Of a stretch of 64,000 bases of DNA, positions 38,472 through 50,865 are shown in pieces (position 1 is the stretch's first letter; every line of letters starts with the position of its first letter). Source of the DNA: Elsinoe ampelina (taxonomy: Eukaryota); the NCBI GenBank assembly GCA_010093995.1, contig ML992504.1, positions 186,001 to 250,000 of the forward strand, given 5' to 3'. Position numbers and translations under genes: made by a program. The notes below the pieces were generated by a model that was not told where the DNA came from, ran no database searches, and saw only the letters and a list, made by a program, of their open reading frames with translations.

Positions 38472-39281
38472 GCGCCCTCCCAGCATTTTCGACACGAGAG
38501 GTGGAAGTTTGAATCGTTTCCCAACAGCAAGATTGCAACAAGAAGAGCATATCCCGGCGTTGAAAGAGCACTATACCATACCACCCCAAAAGAGGGTCAC
38601 AATGCAGCCATGCATAAAGAAGCAAGAGGGTTTGTTTTCTACTTCTCTAGACATTTCCATGAGAAATCCGGCCTTCACTGGCCCACCACCCACCACCGCC
38701 CACGCCTCATCCCTAACAATCCCATGTCTTGTACAGCGTGCCGTGTAGCAAGCACCCCAGCGTTGCAGATTTCAGTATCTGCACGGGCCAGATCTCGTTT
38801 TGGATCTGCTCGTTACGGAGCGCTGGTAGATCAACTTTACTCCTTCTCTCTTCTCATCTCTCGGGGTGGGGAGGGGGAAGGAGGTCGAGGACTGAAGGCA
38901 CCTGCCCCTGACTTTTTTTTGGTCGCTGTCGTGAGACAGGTGGGGTGGGTGCAAGAGAACGTCTCGGACATTTCTGGCTTTCTGTTTGTGTGTGTAGTCG
39001 CATGTCATGGTGAGATGGGTAAGGTATGGACGAGTCATTGAGACAGGGGTAGAAGGTAGGTCAAAGGTTATTCTACAGCATCGCTATGTGACTAGATGGG
39101 TGAATCGGTGGGACCCGACAATAACCTCTGCCTCCCGTCGCACTTCTACTGTCGCCTCTCGGTGCTCTTCTGGCTTGGTCAAGAACAGGAAGCGCGGTGA
39201 ATAGAGGTGGTTTTCCTAGGGTGTTGTGTTGTAATGTGTGGCATGTGGTATCTACAATACGCTGAACAGGAGGGAAACAGA

Positions 39282-40656
39282 TTACAGAGCCTTGATGACG
39301 GCGTCGGCGTACTCGTGCGTCTTGGCCTTGCCACCGAGGTCACCGGTGATGGTCTGGGTATGTCAGTGGGGATGTAGAAGTGTAGGTGATTGAAGACTCA
39401 CCTTGCCCTCGGCAAGAACCTTGAAGATGGCCTTCTGGATCTGGTCGGCGTGCTGGTTGAGACCCATGTGTTGCAACATCATGATACTCGAGAGCAGAAG
39501 AGCGGTTGGGTTAGCGAGACCCTTGCCGGCGATATCTGGGGCGGAACCGTGCACGGCCTCGAAGATGGAGCACTCGTCACCGATGTTGCCGGACGGCGTA
39601 AGTCCGAGACCACCAATGAGACCGGCGCACATGTCGGAGAGAATGTCTCCGTAGAGGTTGGGCATGACGAGGACCTTGTCGTTGTATGGGAGCGGGTCGG
39701 TGACCATCTTCAGGCAGGTGTTGTCCAAAAGCTCGGCGTCGAACTCGATGCCGGGGTACTCCTTGCTCAGCTCTTGAGCAGTTCTGAGGAAGAGACCGTC
39801 GGACATCTTCATGATGGTCGCCTTGTGGACGGCGCGGACCTTGGTACGGCCAATGCTCTGGGCGTGCTGGAAGGCGTAGCGGAGGACACGTTCACAGGCC
39901 TCCTTGGTGATAAGCTTGATGGATTGCACGACGCCATCGACGACCACGTGCTCGATACCGGAGTACTCGCCCTCGGTGTTTTCTCGGATCAGGACGGTGT
40001 CGACATTGTCGTAGGGAGTCTTGTAGCCAGCAATGGATTTGCAGGGACGCAGATTGGCGAAGAGGTTGAAGGTTCGTCGGAGGGTGAGATTGAGCGAGAC
40101 ATGGCCCTTGCCGATCGGGGTCTGCATATCATTAGTTCCTCTGACTCTGACTTTTGAGTTCATGAAGCTGAACGTACAGCCAGTGGTCCCTTCAGGGCAA
40201 CAAAGTTCTTCTGTATGCTGGCAATGGACTCGTCTGGGATAACAGTCTTGCCGTCTTGTAGTCGCGGCGTGACATCTATCGGCTCCCACTTGATCGGCAC
40301 GTTCGCGGCAGAGTAGATGTCCTTGACAGATTGTGCAATTTCTGGTCCAATTCCGTCTCCTTCGATCAACGATACTGTGTATTTGCCCTTGCTATCTGTT
40401 AGCACGCCTCGCTCAAACTGGTTGGTGAGAGGTTACATACATCGCTGCCCTTGGCGCCCTTGAAGGCTGCAACCTTGTCGTCGGCTGCCGTAGTGTACGT
40501 CCGGCCTTGGGTCTGTGTCTCGAGGTCAATTGATGCCTCTGATCGTTATCTGATCGAGGGCCTTGGTACCTTTGCGGAAGCTATTCTAAGAGCGGAAACG
40601 GTCGGCTGGCGGAGGCATTGCCTCACAGGGGCAGCGAAGACCCTGTTTGCGATCAT
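39282..40656 (-). CDS. IDH2: Mitochondrial NAD-dependent isocitrate dehydrogenase, catalytic subunit
   Basis: [53 protein letters not shown]; basic transit peptide; several introns. Confidence 0.93.
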
Positions 40657-40965
40657 TATGAGGTGCTTCCGGAACAATGGGATCCAGAGGGAAGTGTTTG
40701 CGCGAGGTGTTTTGGAAGCAAAGTCGGGTGAAGTTGGAGAATGAAGATCAAAACCAGAGCGCAAAAAACAAGCTCCTCCACCAGCCCGCAACGCTTCCCG
40801 CGAGGCCGCTTGCTCGGGCTGCGGCAGCTGCAGGCGGGACACGGACGGCGGAGCGGCAACCCTAACCCTGCTTAATGAATGCTAGCCTGCTAGGCCTGCT
40901 AGGTAAGCTCTCCCTCTTCCATCGCATGCCGACTACATCACTGTGACTCGAGGTCAACACCCGTC

Positions 40966-43900
40966 ATGTCGGCCGAGGTCGAGCGGAATCTGCTCAATCA
41001 CTACCAACTGACCAACCTCTACCCTTCAGAATGGCCAAAACGCGACGACGAAAGCGATGCCTCCGAAGACGAGAAGCCAGTCCGCCGCAACACCTCACAG
41101 CGGTCAGCCAGGGCTTCGCGTCGAATGTCCAGATTCTCCGGTCTGGATACAAAGGCCAGCTACAAGTCGAGGCTGTCAGATAGGGACACAGGAGGAGGAT
41201 CTGGGAATATCGTACAGAAAGACGAGCCTGATCCGCTGGGCATCTCTCCGAGCGTCGTCTCCCAGCTCCGTGCCCGAGGCCTCAATGTCGAGGAGAATCT
41301 CAAACTACGGAATCGCTTCATGCTGTCGTCGACCACTTTCTCGCCTGCTTTGTTCCTGTCTCAGGTTCATCAGACCGCGTCAACTCAAGATTTGCTCCAA
41401 GGCCTTGAATTTCTCTCAAAGTCCATCGAGAAGAAGTCGGCATCGCTGAAAGTGCTTGTCGAGTCCAACTTTGAGCGATTCGTCAAAGCAAAAGCCACCA
41501 TAGATAATGTGTACACCGAGATGCGCACTCAAGGTGTCCAGCAGACGGCTCCTCCCCCAGCCCGGAACAACCACAATCGCGTCTCTAGCAGGGGCACCGC
41601 CCACTTTCGGAGCTCGAGCAATCCATTCAGCCCGCAAGGACAACGCCAGACGGACGACCAGCGCAAGACAGCATTGACCAAGGAGAGTGAGTATGGAGTA
41701 CAAGGCATCAAAGCTCCTCTGGTGGAGTTGGCTGCGAAAGCAGAAGAAGTCTGGGGTCCGGCACTGGGAGGTAGAGACCGCGGTGAAGACCTCAAGTCTA
41801 CACTCGTCTTTGTCGAGCGCAATCACGAACTTTTCCAGCTGGCTGGCAACGTACAAGCAAACATTCGCAAGCACGACTACGATGCGCTCATACAGAACCA
41901 CCAGAAAGCAAAAGAAGCATCGCAGACAGCCAAGCTGATCCTCGAACGAGCCGATAACGACCCCACATCTCTGGCGGAGGCGCAAATATTCAAGATTCTT
42001 GCCACAGCAAAGATGTGGAACGATGTCGAGTCGCAGGTCGAAGCATTCCGCAAGAATGCTCTCAAGCAATTGGCCAATGTGGAAGCACCTAACGAGAACA
42101 TCTCCCATGACGAGCGGAGAGAATCACACACCGAGCTAATCTCTGTGCTTCTTCAATTGGGCACCACCGAGAACCCTATCTGGCTTTGGCTGTCAAGCTG
42201 GCACGATCGCATCAGAGACAAGATTACAAGAAAGTTCGAGCGCGCACGTCTGGACATTGAAATATTACGAAGGAAGCTTGCAGCAAGAGGTCAGCCGTCC
42301 CAACATCTCGTAAAGATCTATCTTCAGTCTGCTTCTGGTGGTCTGTCGGACCCACAAAGGACCAGACTTGACAGCCCACAAGTCATTCAGTTCTGGGAGC
42401 TTTTGGAGAAGACCTTTGAGAGTCTTCTGAGCCAGAAGCTCGGTCTGCTTGGCGAAATTGCTGATTACTGGGAGAATGCACGATCCTTCATGGACGGCCG
42501 AGCTCAGAAGGATCTACCAAACTCGATCTGGGCGACCGACGGCACAAGACAGCACTTGTACATGTCCGGCGAGCACATGAGTCAGCTCAAGACCTTCACC
42601 AATGACCTGGTGAGACTTCTAAGGGAAGCTGTGTACACGCTCTTCCTCGAGCCTCCTATCGAAGATATCTCGGACATCTTCTCTCCCGCGCCACCGCAGA
42701 CACCCGCCGGACAAACGCCACCGGTCACTCCTGCTGATCGGTTGAGAGTCATGGGCTTCGACGAAGCTGATCTGCCGCCTCCCACGCCCAATGTAGGCGA
42801 AGCATGGGAGCGGTATTCGTTCTGGCCTCCCCACTCTAATTCGTTAAGTGGTGCAAGATATCTCAGCCGCATCCTCATCCTGATCGGTGGTTCTGCTAGT
42901 GATGCGACCTCAATATCGGTCATCAAGGACGATCAGCACGGAGTGGAGAATTTACGAAACATGGTCGGTGCTGTGCGCGAGCGATGCATTCAAGCTGTGT
43001 GTGCTGCTTGGAACACTGATGCCGAAAGCTGCAAGCTTCTCGAAGATTGGTCTAAGAACACCGATCGGAAGGATCTGACCAACATGCCGGCGCGCTTCTT
43101 GGCCTTTGAAGAATCTGTAGTCGGCGATCTTCAGAAATTGCTGTATCTGTCGGAAGCCATGTCAAGCTCCAACTCGGGCGATGTGGTTGTCCCGCCACCT
43201 GCCAAGCTCTTGCAGGTCGTGCGCAGTCAATTCGTAACAAGTTTGTACAAAGCACTGAGTGGTACTGTCGAGAACGCCGAGAAGAGCCAAAAGTTGGATC
43301 CTTCACAGGCCCCCGAGCTTGATGCACTGACCGTGCCTATCAACACTGAACTGCGGACCGAGCCTGTTGGAACGACAGGCCCCATTGAGAGAGTAAGTGT
43401 CTACTTATCATGACAACCGTTTCTTTGCTGACCATCGAACAGAATGTCCGCATGCTTTTGACATTGAGCAATCTTAAGCACATGCAACGCGAGATCATCC
43501 CTCAGCTGATAAACCAATTCGAAACGCAATTCTCTGTCAAGCTTACGGAAGAAGGCAACACGATCAGAGATGTACTTACACAGATCGATAGCCGACTCTT
43601 CCAATCCTATGTCAAGCCGGCCGTGGAACGATTAACGCAGATGATCATCGAAGGTATCACGTCTCCGTCGTGGGCGCCGGCAGTATCTCGTCCGACAAAT
43701 GCTCGTCCATATGTATATGACGTGCTGCTAGCTCTCGTTCTGGTGCACACTGAGGTCTCGACGTCTGCTTCATCCCTCACGAACACAATCATCTCTCATC
43801 TACTGGAGCAGATCTCGTTGGCTCTGCTGAAAGGCTTCGAGCAGCGGCCAAATTATCCCCTCGCCGCACTCATGCAGGCCACATTGGACATTGAGATGAC

Positions 43901-44150
43901 AGCACAGACTTTGAGCAATTACACCACGGATGAAGCACAACAGACGCAAAGTCAGATCTACACTGTACTCGATCAGCGGACAGATCATGCGGCAAGGGAA
44001 CGCCTGCAGAGTGAGCTGCAAGCAATGAGGGCGAGCTTGAAGAGCTTGAGGGAGAGCACCAAGGGGCAATTCGGCTGCTTCAAACGAGACCGGAGAGGCC
44101 GAAGCGAAAGACCAGGAAGCAGGGACAGACCAGGTAGTAGCAGGCAATAG
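40966..44150 (+). CDS. SEC5: Exocyst complex component Sec5
   Basis: FMLSSTTFSPALFLSQVH, LKVLVESNFERFVKAKATID, RMLLTLSNL, ALMQATLDIE; one intron at ~43394-43442. Confidence 0.93.
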
Positions 44151-44384
44151 TCCAAGCGTAGCATAGCGTTTCTTCAAAGACCCAAGCGTTGTCTGTGGCG
44201 ATTTGCTGCTCAGCCCCAAAATCCATGCCAAGACATCACGACCTTTCTCCCTCGACTTCACCTTGCGCGACCGAAATCTCCCTCTCATCTCCCACCCCCA
44301 AACCCTCCTCCCTCAACAACATTCTTACCGCTCCTCAACCCCGTCGCATCACCCCCGCGGCCTCACCCCCCAGCTCACACAATA

Positions 44385-45266
44385 ATGCGCATCTTCCTCC
44401 TGCCCATCTCCACGCGCCGCACCCTCATCTACTGCGAAAAACTCCCCTCGACGTCCCCGGCCTCGACCTCGCTCTCCCCGTTCCCCCTCTCCAACCTCCC
44501 CGACCGCATCGTCGCCCGCGCCAACAACACATGGGCAGACTGGGAACGGGCGCCCACGGGCTGGAAAAAGACGCTCACGGGGTACGGCAACCGGGCGTTC
44601 GCGCGCATCCCGTTCGAGGAATGGGGGCTCAAGAGTCTGCCCGCGTTGCACGAGTCGACGAAAGAAAGGGCGGGGCGGACGGAGGTGGTGTTCCCTGGCA
44701 AGTTCGTGGAGGGGGGCGCAGGGCGGCGAGGGGTTTTGGCGGCGTTGGAGAGGTTGAGTCGGGAGAGGGAGGGGTTGCATAGGCGGAGGCTGGTGGGCAG
44801 TGTGGTCGCCATGCCGTTTACGATTCCCGTGGGGTTGATACCGGTGTTGCCGAATGTGCCGTTTATTTATCTGGCGTTTAGGGCGTGGAGTCATTACAAG
44901 GCGTGGTATGGGGGGAGGTATTTGGCGTGGTTGTTGGGGAAGGGGTGGGTGGTGCCGAGGGGGAGTAAGGTGCTGGATGAGTTGTATGCGAGGGGGTTTC
45001 TTGAGGGGGAGGGAGGGAAGGGAGGGGGAAAGGTGAGGGTGAGGGTGGAGGAGGCGGAGGTGGAGAGGGTGGCGAGGGAGGTGAAGGATAGGGATGCCAA
45101 GGGGGAGGAGGTGTTGGTGTTGAAGGCTTGGAATGGGCAGGCGATTGCGGAAGAGTTCAAGCTGCCGGAGATGGAGGTGGAGATTGAGAGGGCTGTTGAG
45201 CAGGTGCAAAAGGCGATCGAGGAGGCAAAGACGGCGAAACCATCTGTGCAGGCGACGAAAGAGTAG
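44385..45266 (+). CDS. Mitochondrial K+/H+ exchange-related (Mit_KHE1 family) protein
   Basis: MRIFLLPISTRRTLIYC, RIPFEEWGLKS, PFTIPVGLIPVLPNVPFIYLAFRAWSH, EIERAVEQV. Confidence 0.85.
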   Translation: MRIFLLPISTRRTLIYCEKLPSTSPASTSLSPFPLSNLPDRIVARANNTWADWERAPTGWKKTLTGYGNRAFARIPFEEWGLKSLPALHESTKERAGRTEVVFPGKFVEGGAGRRGVLAALERLSREREGLHRRRLVGSVVAMPFTIPVGLIPVLPNVPFIYLAFRAWSHYKAWYGGRYLAWLLGKGWVVPRGSKVLDELYARGFLEGEGGKGGGKVRVRVEEAEVERVAREVKDRDAKGEEVLVLKAWNGQAIAEEFKLPEMEVEIERAVEQVQKAIEEAKTAKPSVQATKE

Positions 45267-46683
45267 TGCTCTCTCAGCGAGCTTGGACATGTGTGTGTTG
45301 GAAAGGGCTTGCATTGCGCATGGTTGGCTATCTCATCTCTTGCATATTCACGACTGGATACCCCGATAGATGACAGATATATACTGTACAGATGGCGAGG
45401 TTATAATGCGAATGAATAATAGAAGAGTCTCAGTACTCCCGGAGCTGCGGCTGCGTGAACCTTTGTTGGGATAATGGACGCCGGTCAGCCTCAATCGATG
45501 CGCGAGTATGATCCATAAGCTCTGCAACATCCATGACCCGCATATGAAAGGCAAGGTTGATGAAGCGCATCTTCTCTTTCGCATCGAGACGCACGCCCAT
45601 CGGTGCACCTTTTGGTAGTATGTTATGGTGCACGACCCTCATCAGTACCGCTTGCTTCCTTACCGCGAATTTCCTATGATCAAGCACCAGGTCCAGTTTT
45701 CCCAATGGCTCGTTCCGAAAGATGCCGTCGCCGACAATATAATCCGCATGGCAGAAAGTCTAGCCCGTCTGGCGAAACGACTCGACAGCGCACAATCGTA
45801 TTCCATTTCATTTTGGCCTGGACGATGGGAACCACAAAAGGGTAATCATCCAGCACACTCAGAGACGCCAGCGGCATACCCACCTGAAGGGTCTTGGGTC
45901 TTCCATTGAAGTCTATCCCGCTTGTGTCCTCGAATGGGACGACTTGTATCGTTGTCGGCCATGAGAGTTCTCTGGAGGCAGAAGAGTAATCATTCTCTTG
46001 ATACTCTGGCGCGTCTGCGCTGCCGTCTTCGTTGGAATTTGTGAAACACACTGCTATCGGCTGCGGATCTTGCCTTACGAAACATGCTTGCCTGTCTGTC
46101 GCATGTCATTGCCTTGCAGAAGTCATGGTCGTCGCCGCAAGTGTCGGATTGATATATAGAGCCCAGCCAAGGACGTCTCTGGACCAATCATTCCAGCATG
46201 TGGTCAACGTCGACCTCTCCATAGCGACAGAGCTCAATGGCCACCAACACTTGACTTTAGACACAAGAGCTGATGCCCGTGGTCAAAGGACAGGTCAATC
46301 CATCCATCATGAGACCTCGTACTATTGCCGCGACTCCCGTCCTACCCCCACGAAGCGAAGCATGGCTTGACCTGTCCACAGGTCAGCGGCGCACCACCCT
46401 CGCCCGACCAGGACGTGGGACGCGAGGCCGCACGAACGTGAAGTGCACAATCACGCTTTTGTCGTCCAGCACGTGGGCCAGAACTTTGCCGTTGATTGGG
46501 ATGTTGCCATGCGATCCTGCGACCTGCCTGCGATGGCCGACCTGTGCCTTCTTGAGCCCATCTTCTTCTTTTTGCAAAGCGAACAGGACATGTCGGGTTC
46601 CCGCGACGCGGCGAGGTTTGTATAAGTCCGTCTTGGACGCTGTGTCGGGAGCTCGGTGGTTTAACAATGTAGTCACCGTCAGT

Positions 46684-47682
46684 ATGGATATTTCCGAGGC
46701 CGTGGCCCTCCATGCGACGTATGTCGCTGGGGCTGTCTCTGCTGGTATACTCTTCTTGCGATTATGTGTGTCTTACAGGACCATCGACACTTTCTTCTGG
46801 ATCACCTTGTTCGCATTACCGGTAGTGCTGGCACGGACGCTCATCCGCCACTTCTCCCTCTCATACGGCACCGCCTCTGATGCCGTCCATGAACTCGAGC
46901 TCAACCCGAGTTATCAACCCGATCTGGCGCGCATACACACCGGCACCGTCCTGACAATCGCCGGCCGGATCCTCCTCACTACGCATCTATGGACGATGTG
47001 TCTACTCCTTCTCCTGACGTACAGACGCTTCATCTGGCACTTTCCCTGGATGCAACACGTCATCCGCGTCATGTACGTTACCATGGCAGCGACATGGCTG
47101 GCCACCACTACTCTGAACCTCTTCGAATGCGTCCCTTTCAGCAAGTACAGCGAGGTTTCTCTCCACCCGCCGACTTGCCAGCGCGCATACAAGCAGACGC
47201 TCATGATCTGCCTGTCCAACATCGTCCTCGACCTGGCTATCATAGCCATGTGTCATCCCATCCTCCTTCTACAGCACGCAACGCCTCTCCGTAGACTCCG
47301 TCTCGGCGCTCTCATTGGTCTTGGGGCGATCTGTGTCCTCGCTTCGGCACTGCGGATAGCGTACATCTTCAAGACAGGGTCAATGCAGCCTGCTCGCGAC
47401 CTCTGGGCTGCTGTGACGGTCGGGCTGTCGACGATAGTGGCCAATGCGCCGTACTTTTACGGGCTGATAGCGAAGAAGAACACTTCGAGGAACGAGTCGA
47501 CCGTTGTGGGTGCGGAGGAGAGGAGGTTGACGGTCAGACCGGAGAGAAAGAGCGAGATGTTGGCTGATCCGGATCTGGAGGGCGGAACATTGGTGGACTT
47601 GGAGAAGAAGGAGAGCATGACTGTTGATGTGAATACGATAGCTGGCAGTTCGGCGAGTTCGGCCAGATCGGATAGACTGTAA
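46684..47682 (+). CDS. PTH11-like / fungal rhodopsin-domain integral membrane protein (no CFEM seen)
   Basis: About 7 hydrophobic segments with FECVPF..Y, C..A, NIVLDLAII..PIL, TIVANAP motifs. Likely start MDISEA within ORF 46273-47682. Confidence 0.85.
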   Translation: MDISEAVALHATYVAGAVSAGILFLRLCVSYRTIDTFFWITLFALPVVLARTLIRHFSLSYGTASDAVHELELNPSYQPDLARIHTGTVLTIAGRILLTTHLWTMCLLLLLTYRRFIWHFPWMQHVIRVMYVTMAATWLATTTLNLFECVPFSKYSEVSLHPPTCQRAYKQTLMICLSNIVLDLAIIAMCHPILLLQHATPLRRLRLGALIGLGAICVLASALRIAYIFKTGSMQPARDLWAAVTVGLSTIVANAPYFYGLIAKKNTSRNESTVVGAEERRLTVRPERKSEMLADPDLEGGTLVDLEKKESMTVDVNTIAGSSASSARSDRL

Positions 47683-47743
47683 TGATAATGATAGACTTGA
47701 TTTTCCTCATCTTTTGCTCCAGTTGCGACAAGCTAGTATGGTT

Positions 47744-49082
47744 TCAGCTCCGAAGTGGACCTTCATCAATGGTAGTTTCAGGCGAAAAGAAGTCCGCTGT
47801 CGACTCCGACAGGCTCGATGCATGCATTTGCTGCAGTGTGTGATCAGTCTCCAACAAAAGATGTTGCTGTTCGAGTGTAAAGGTGTGTATCTGCTTCAGA
47901 ACCTCCGAAATACCCGAGCGACCCATGTCGCCTACCAGCCAAACGTCCTCCAAAAGCACAACGAGCAATAGCCACTGGGCGTAGATAGTGAGAGCCAACG
48001 TCTCGCCTTTCATCAGAGCGGCGGCAAAGACCGGCTCGATTTGGCAGGGCCAGATGAAGGTCACCCGGAGGACGCTGCGGATGTAGGTGTGATCACACAT
48101 GTAGTCGAAGACTCGAGCGAGGTAGTCGAGTGCGTGCTCATACGCAGCAGTCTGAGCGACGTCCAGCTTTTCACTACCAGCCGCGAGGGCCAACCTCAGA
48201 CCTTGAAGTTGATGGCGGTATGATTGAGAAATGATTGCAACTCCAGCGGGTCTCTCGAAAAAGGATTCATTCTCGTCCTGATCTATCTCGTGTGTCATGT
48301 CCTGGGACCAACGGAACCTAAATTGTAACTCCGAGGCTCGTATCGTGTTGTGTATCGTTGAGATGCCACGAAGCAGTGGCAGCCATGACCAGTACTCCGA
48401 GTCGAAGACTGTTCTGCCCTTGGTCCTCTCTATCCGCCCGAATGCAAGGCTGGTGACAAATAGGAGCATAGAGGCACTCACGACGGAGTCGAGGCATGAT
48501 GAATCCTTCATGAATCGTACTTCGTGTGCTACATCTTGCACGCACTTGTGGTAGTGCACAATAGCCAGCTCCAGGAGATGCTGCTGGCCAACTTGATCTG
48601 CAATCCGCCCATCAAAGTACTGGTGGCAGGCAGCAAGTGTGAGCATCCCGTTCTTCACAGACGTCGATGTCGTCGCCAAAGCAGGCACCACCGTACACCA
48701 CCTATGCCGCTGGTAGGGATCGGTGCTCGTGGATGCCAGTGAGTAGCAGGTTTGACTTAGGTAGTGATGTGATAGATTGACTTCCATGACAAGAGAGATC
48801 CCTACACTACTACTCACAACATGTCGGTGACTCGAGAATGGGAATGTGATGACGGCGTCTGCTGACGGTGTGTTTACCACGGATGGGTACGTGCAAACTA
48901 GAGATCGGTGCAGGCATGCTGTGCAGGATGGCTTCCCCTCATCGCACTATAGACATGTCAGTGACCGACTACAAGCTGTGAAGCTCGATGATATTCACCT
49001 TGATGCGCCGTTGTCGGCATGTCACGCAGCCAGCACGTGACTTTTTGTGCGGTCGCTTCAGGTAAGGCCTGATCGTCGACAT
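47744..49082 (-). CDS. Zn(II)2Cys6 transcription factor, Upc2/DUF3468-like
   Basis: RPHKKSRAGCVTCRQRRIK|CDEGKPSCTACLHRSLVCTY spliced into the 378-aa ORF (LTLAACH, WLPLLRG, FIWP, ALTIYAQW). Confidence 0.9.
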
Positions 49083-49628
49083 AGATGTATCGCTCGAGTG
49101 ACTTGCATGGAACTTTCGCACATCTCTGAGAGTCTAGAGTGCAGACTTATTGTACTTCCCTTTCGTCATGTTCAATTGTGGTCATAGCATTCGAATCGCG
49201 GCAGATGGAAGGCCTGAGTGACCGCAGCTGCGCAGCACCCGTGCGTGACAAATTCTATACCGCACCAAAATCTGACATAATCATCGACATTGCAATGTGC
49301 TCGTCATACAATGTCCATATACTTGCCTTCTTTACCCCAGAAACAATCATTGTAGAGGTTTGTGATTTGTGCCGGAAAGATGAGAAAGCAGGTTGATGTC
49401 TTTCCCAAGAAGTTGAAGAGCAAAGCCACCACAACGTCCCGCGCAATTCTGGACATCTCCGGGGACAATTCGATTTCATTCCTTAAACCCAAGCGAGTGC
49501 TCACTAGGTCTATCATACAGTAGAACCTCTAATCTCAATTCCGCTCGTGTCCACATCGCGTCTCCGGCTGCAGCCAAAAGGGACCCGGTACCCACTAACA
49601 TGTTTTCCATGCTTATATTTCGTGCAGC

Positions 49629-50417
49629 TTATGCGCTTGGAAGAGGCTGATAAGTCCACGCACGAGAGACAATGTCCTCGTATGCAAATCTCAACCAATT
49701 CGAGACCTCAATTGCCAGGTGCTCCCTCGCTGGTTCTAAGATCTCCTTGGGAGTGGCCGAAGGCAAGTAGAGGTTCAACTCAGCCTCAAGACCATTCCCG
49801 TCCTCGTTATCCTTGAAGGCGTTCTGTGCATACGCGAACAGGCTGCCGTCACGAAGCTTGGCCGATGCGTAGCCCTGGAATGGGAAGCCTGCAAGCTTTT
49901 TCATGAATGGCTGCCTCTCAGCCGGGCCTGCGATTGTGTAACTCAATGGTCCTGCTCCGGTCTGCTCGATAGTGGCTTGTGTGCCATTGGATCGTTGCAT
50001 GAGGTAATGCTGGGGATTGCCCTGCTCGAGACGGTTTGGGTAGCCAATAGTCGCACAAGTCCCGAGCCAAGCAGCCAGGACAGTGGTGTTGAGGACATCT
50101 GACGGAGCGACGATAGCGGCTTGCCCATAGACATTGATGGGATTGAAGGGGTCAGATCGACCGATTACGTCTTTCCAGAAGACGTCGCCAGCCTCTATTT
50201 GGGCATCGAGCAGGTCGACCACACCCGGAGACCCGAGTTGAGCTTTGAGGAAATTCGATGCCTGAGCGCCGTACTCAGCGGTGAAGTCGATCAGATCTCC
50301 AGGGGCTCGAGGGCCATCCAGCAGACGGACTATAGGATCGTACGGCGTCGTGACTGGTCGGGCAACGGTAGTACTGAGAATTGCAGCTAAGGGCAGCAGA
50401 AGTTCCTGAAGATGCAT
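49629..50417 (-). CDS. Secreted hypothetical protein, 262 aa, intronless
   Basis: Signal peptide MHLQELLLPLAAILSTTVARP, protein-like composition, TATAAA ~145 bp upstream. Confidence 0.8.
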   Translation of the reverse strand: MHLQELLLPLAAILSTTVARPVTTPYDPIVRLLDGPRAPGDLIDFTAEYGAQASNFLKAQLGSPGVVDLLDAQIEAGDVFWKDVIGRSDPFNPINVYGQAAIVAPSDVLNTTVLAAWLGTCATIGYPNRLEQGNPQHYLMQRSNGTQATIEQTGAGPLSYTIAGPAERQPFMKKLAGFPFQGYASAKLRDGSLFAYAQNAFKDNEDGNGLEAELNLYLPSATPKEILEPAREHLAIEVSNWLRFAYEDIVSRAWTYQPLPSA

Positions 50418-50865
50418 GATGATTTTGAAGAGAGCTTTGTTTGATTCACTTTGTGTCTTGAAGGTGATTGTGTCGACGGTAATCGGGGAAGATTGTGGTA
50501 GTCTGAAGCGGTGAGAGAGTGGTGTAACGAGTTTGAATACGACCAGTCTTCGGACCTTCCTTTATACCACTGCATACCAAGCGAACCATGGACTGATATG
50601 CCCATTACATCGCTAAGTGAATCTATAGTGAGCACTGCAGACTGGTCCGATTGAACGAGAACGAGAACGAGAGCGAAAGGGGAGTTGCAGATGTGATCAG
50701 TCGCCTGCAGCGAAGCAGTGAGTGTGATTGGATGAACCATGCCAGGATGGAAAGAAACAAGATCCAGCCAATGACTGAGCTCTCGTTCTCGTTCATTTGT
50801 GCTGACCTGTGGCGTTACCTTCGCATTTGGTCATTGAATACCTCGCGTAAGCCGCAGACAGTACA

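Noticed and set aside
45430..46190. Possible spliced minus-strand gene from ORFs 45680-46051 and 45430-45705
   Set aside because: I could not assemble a convincing start and exon chain, and there is no family motif.
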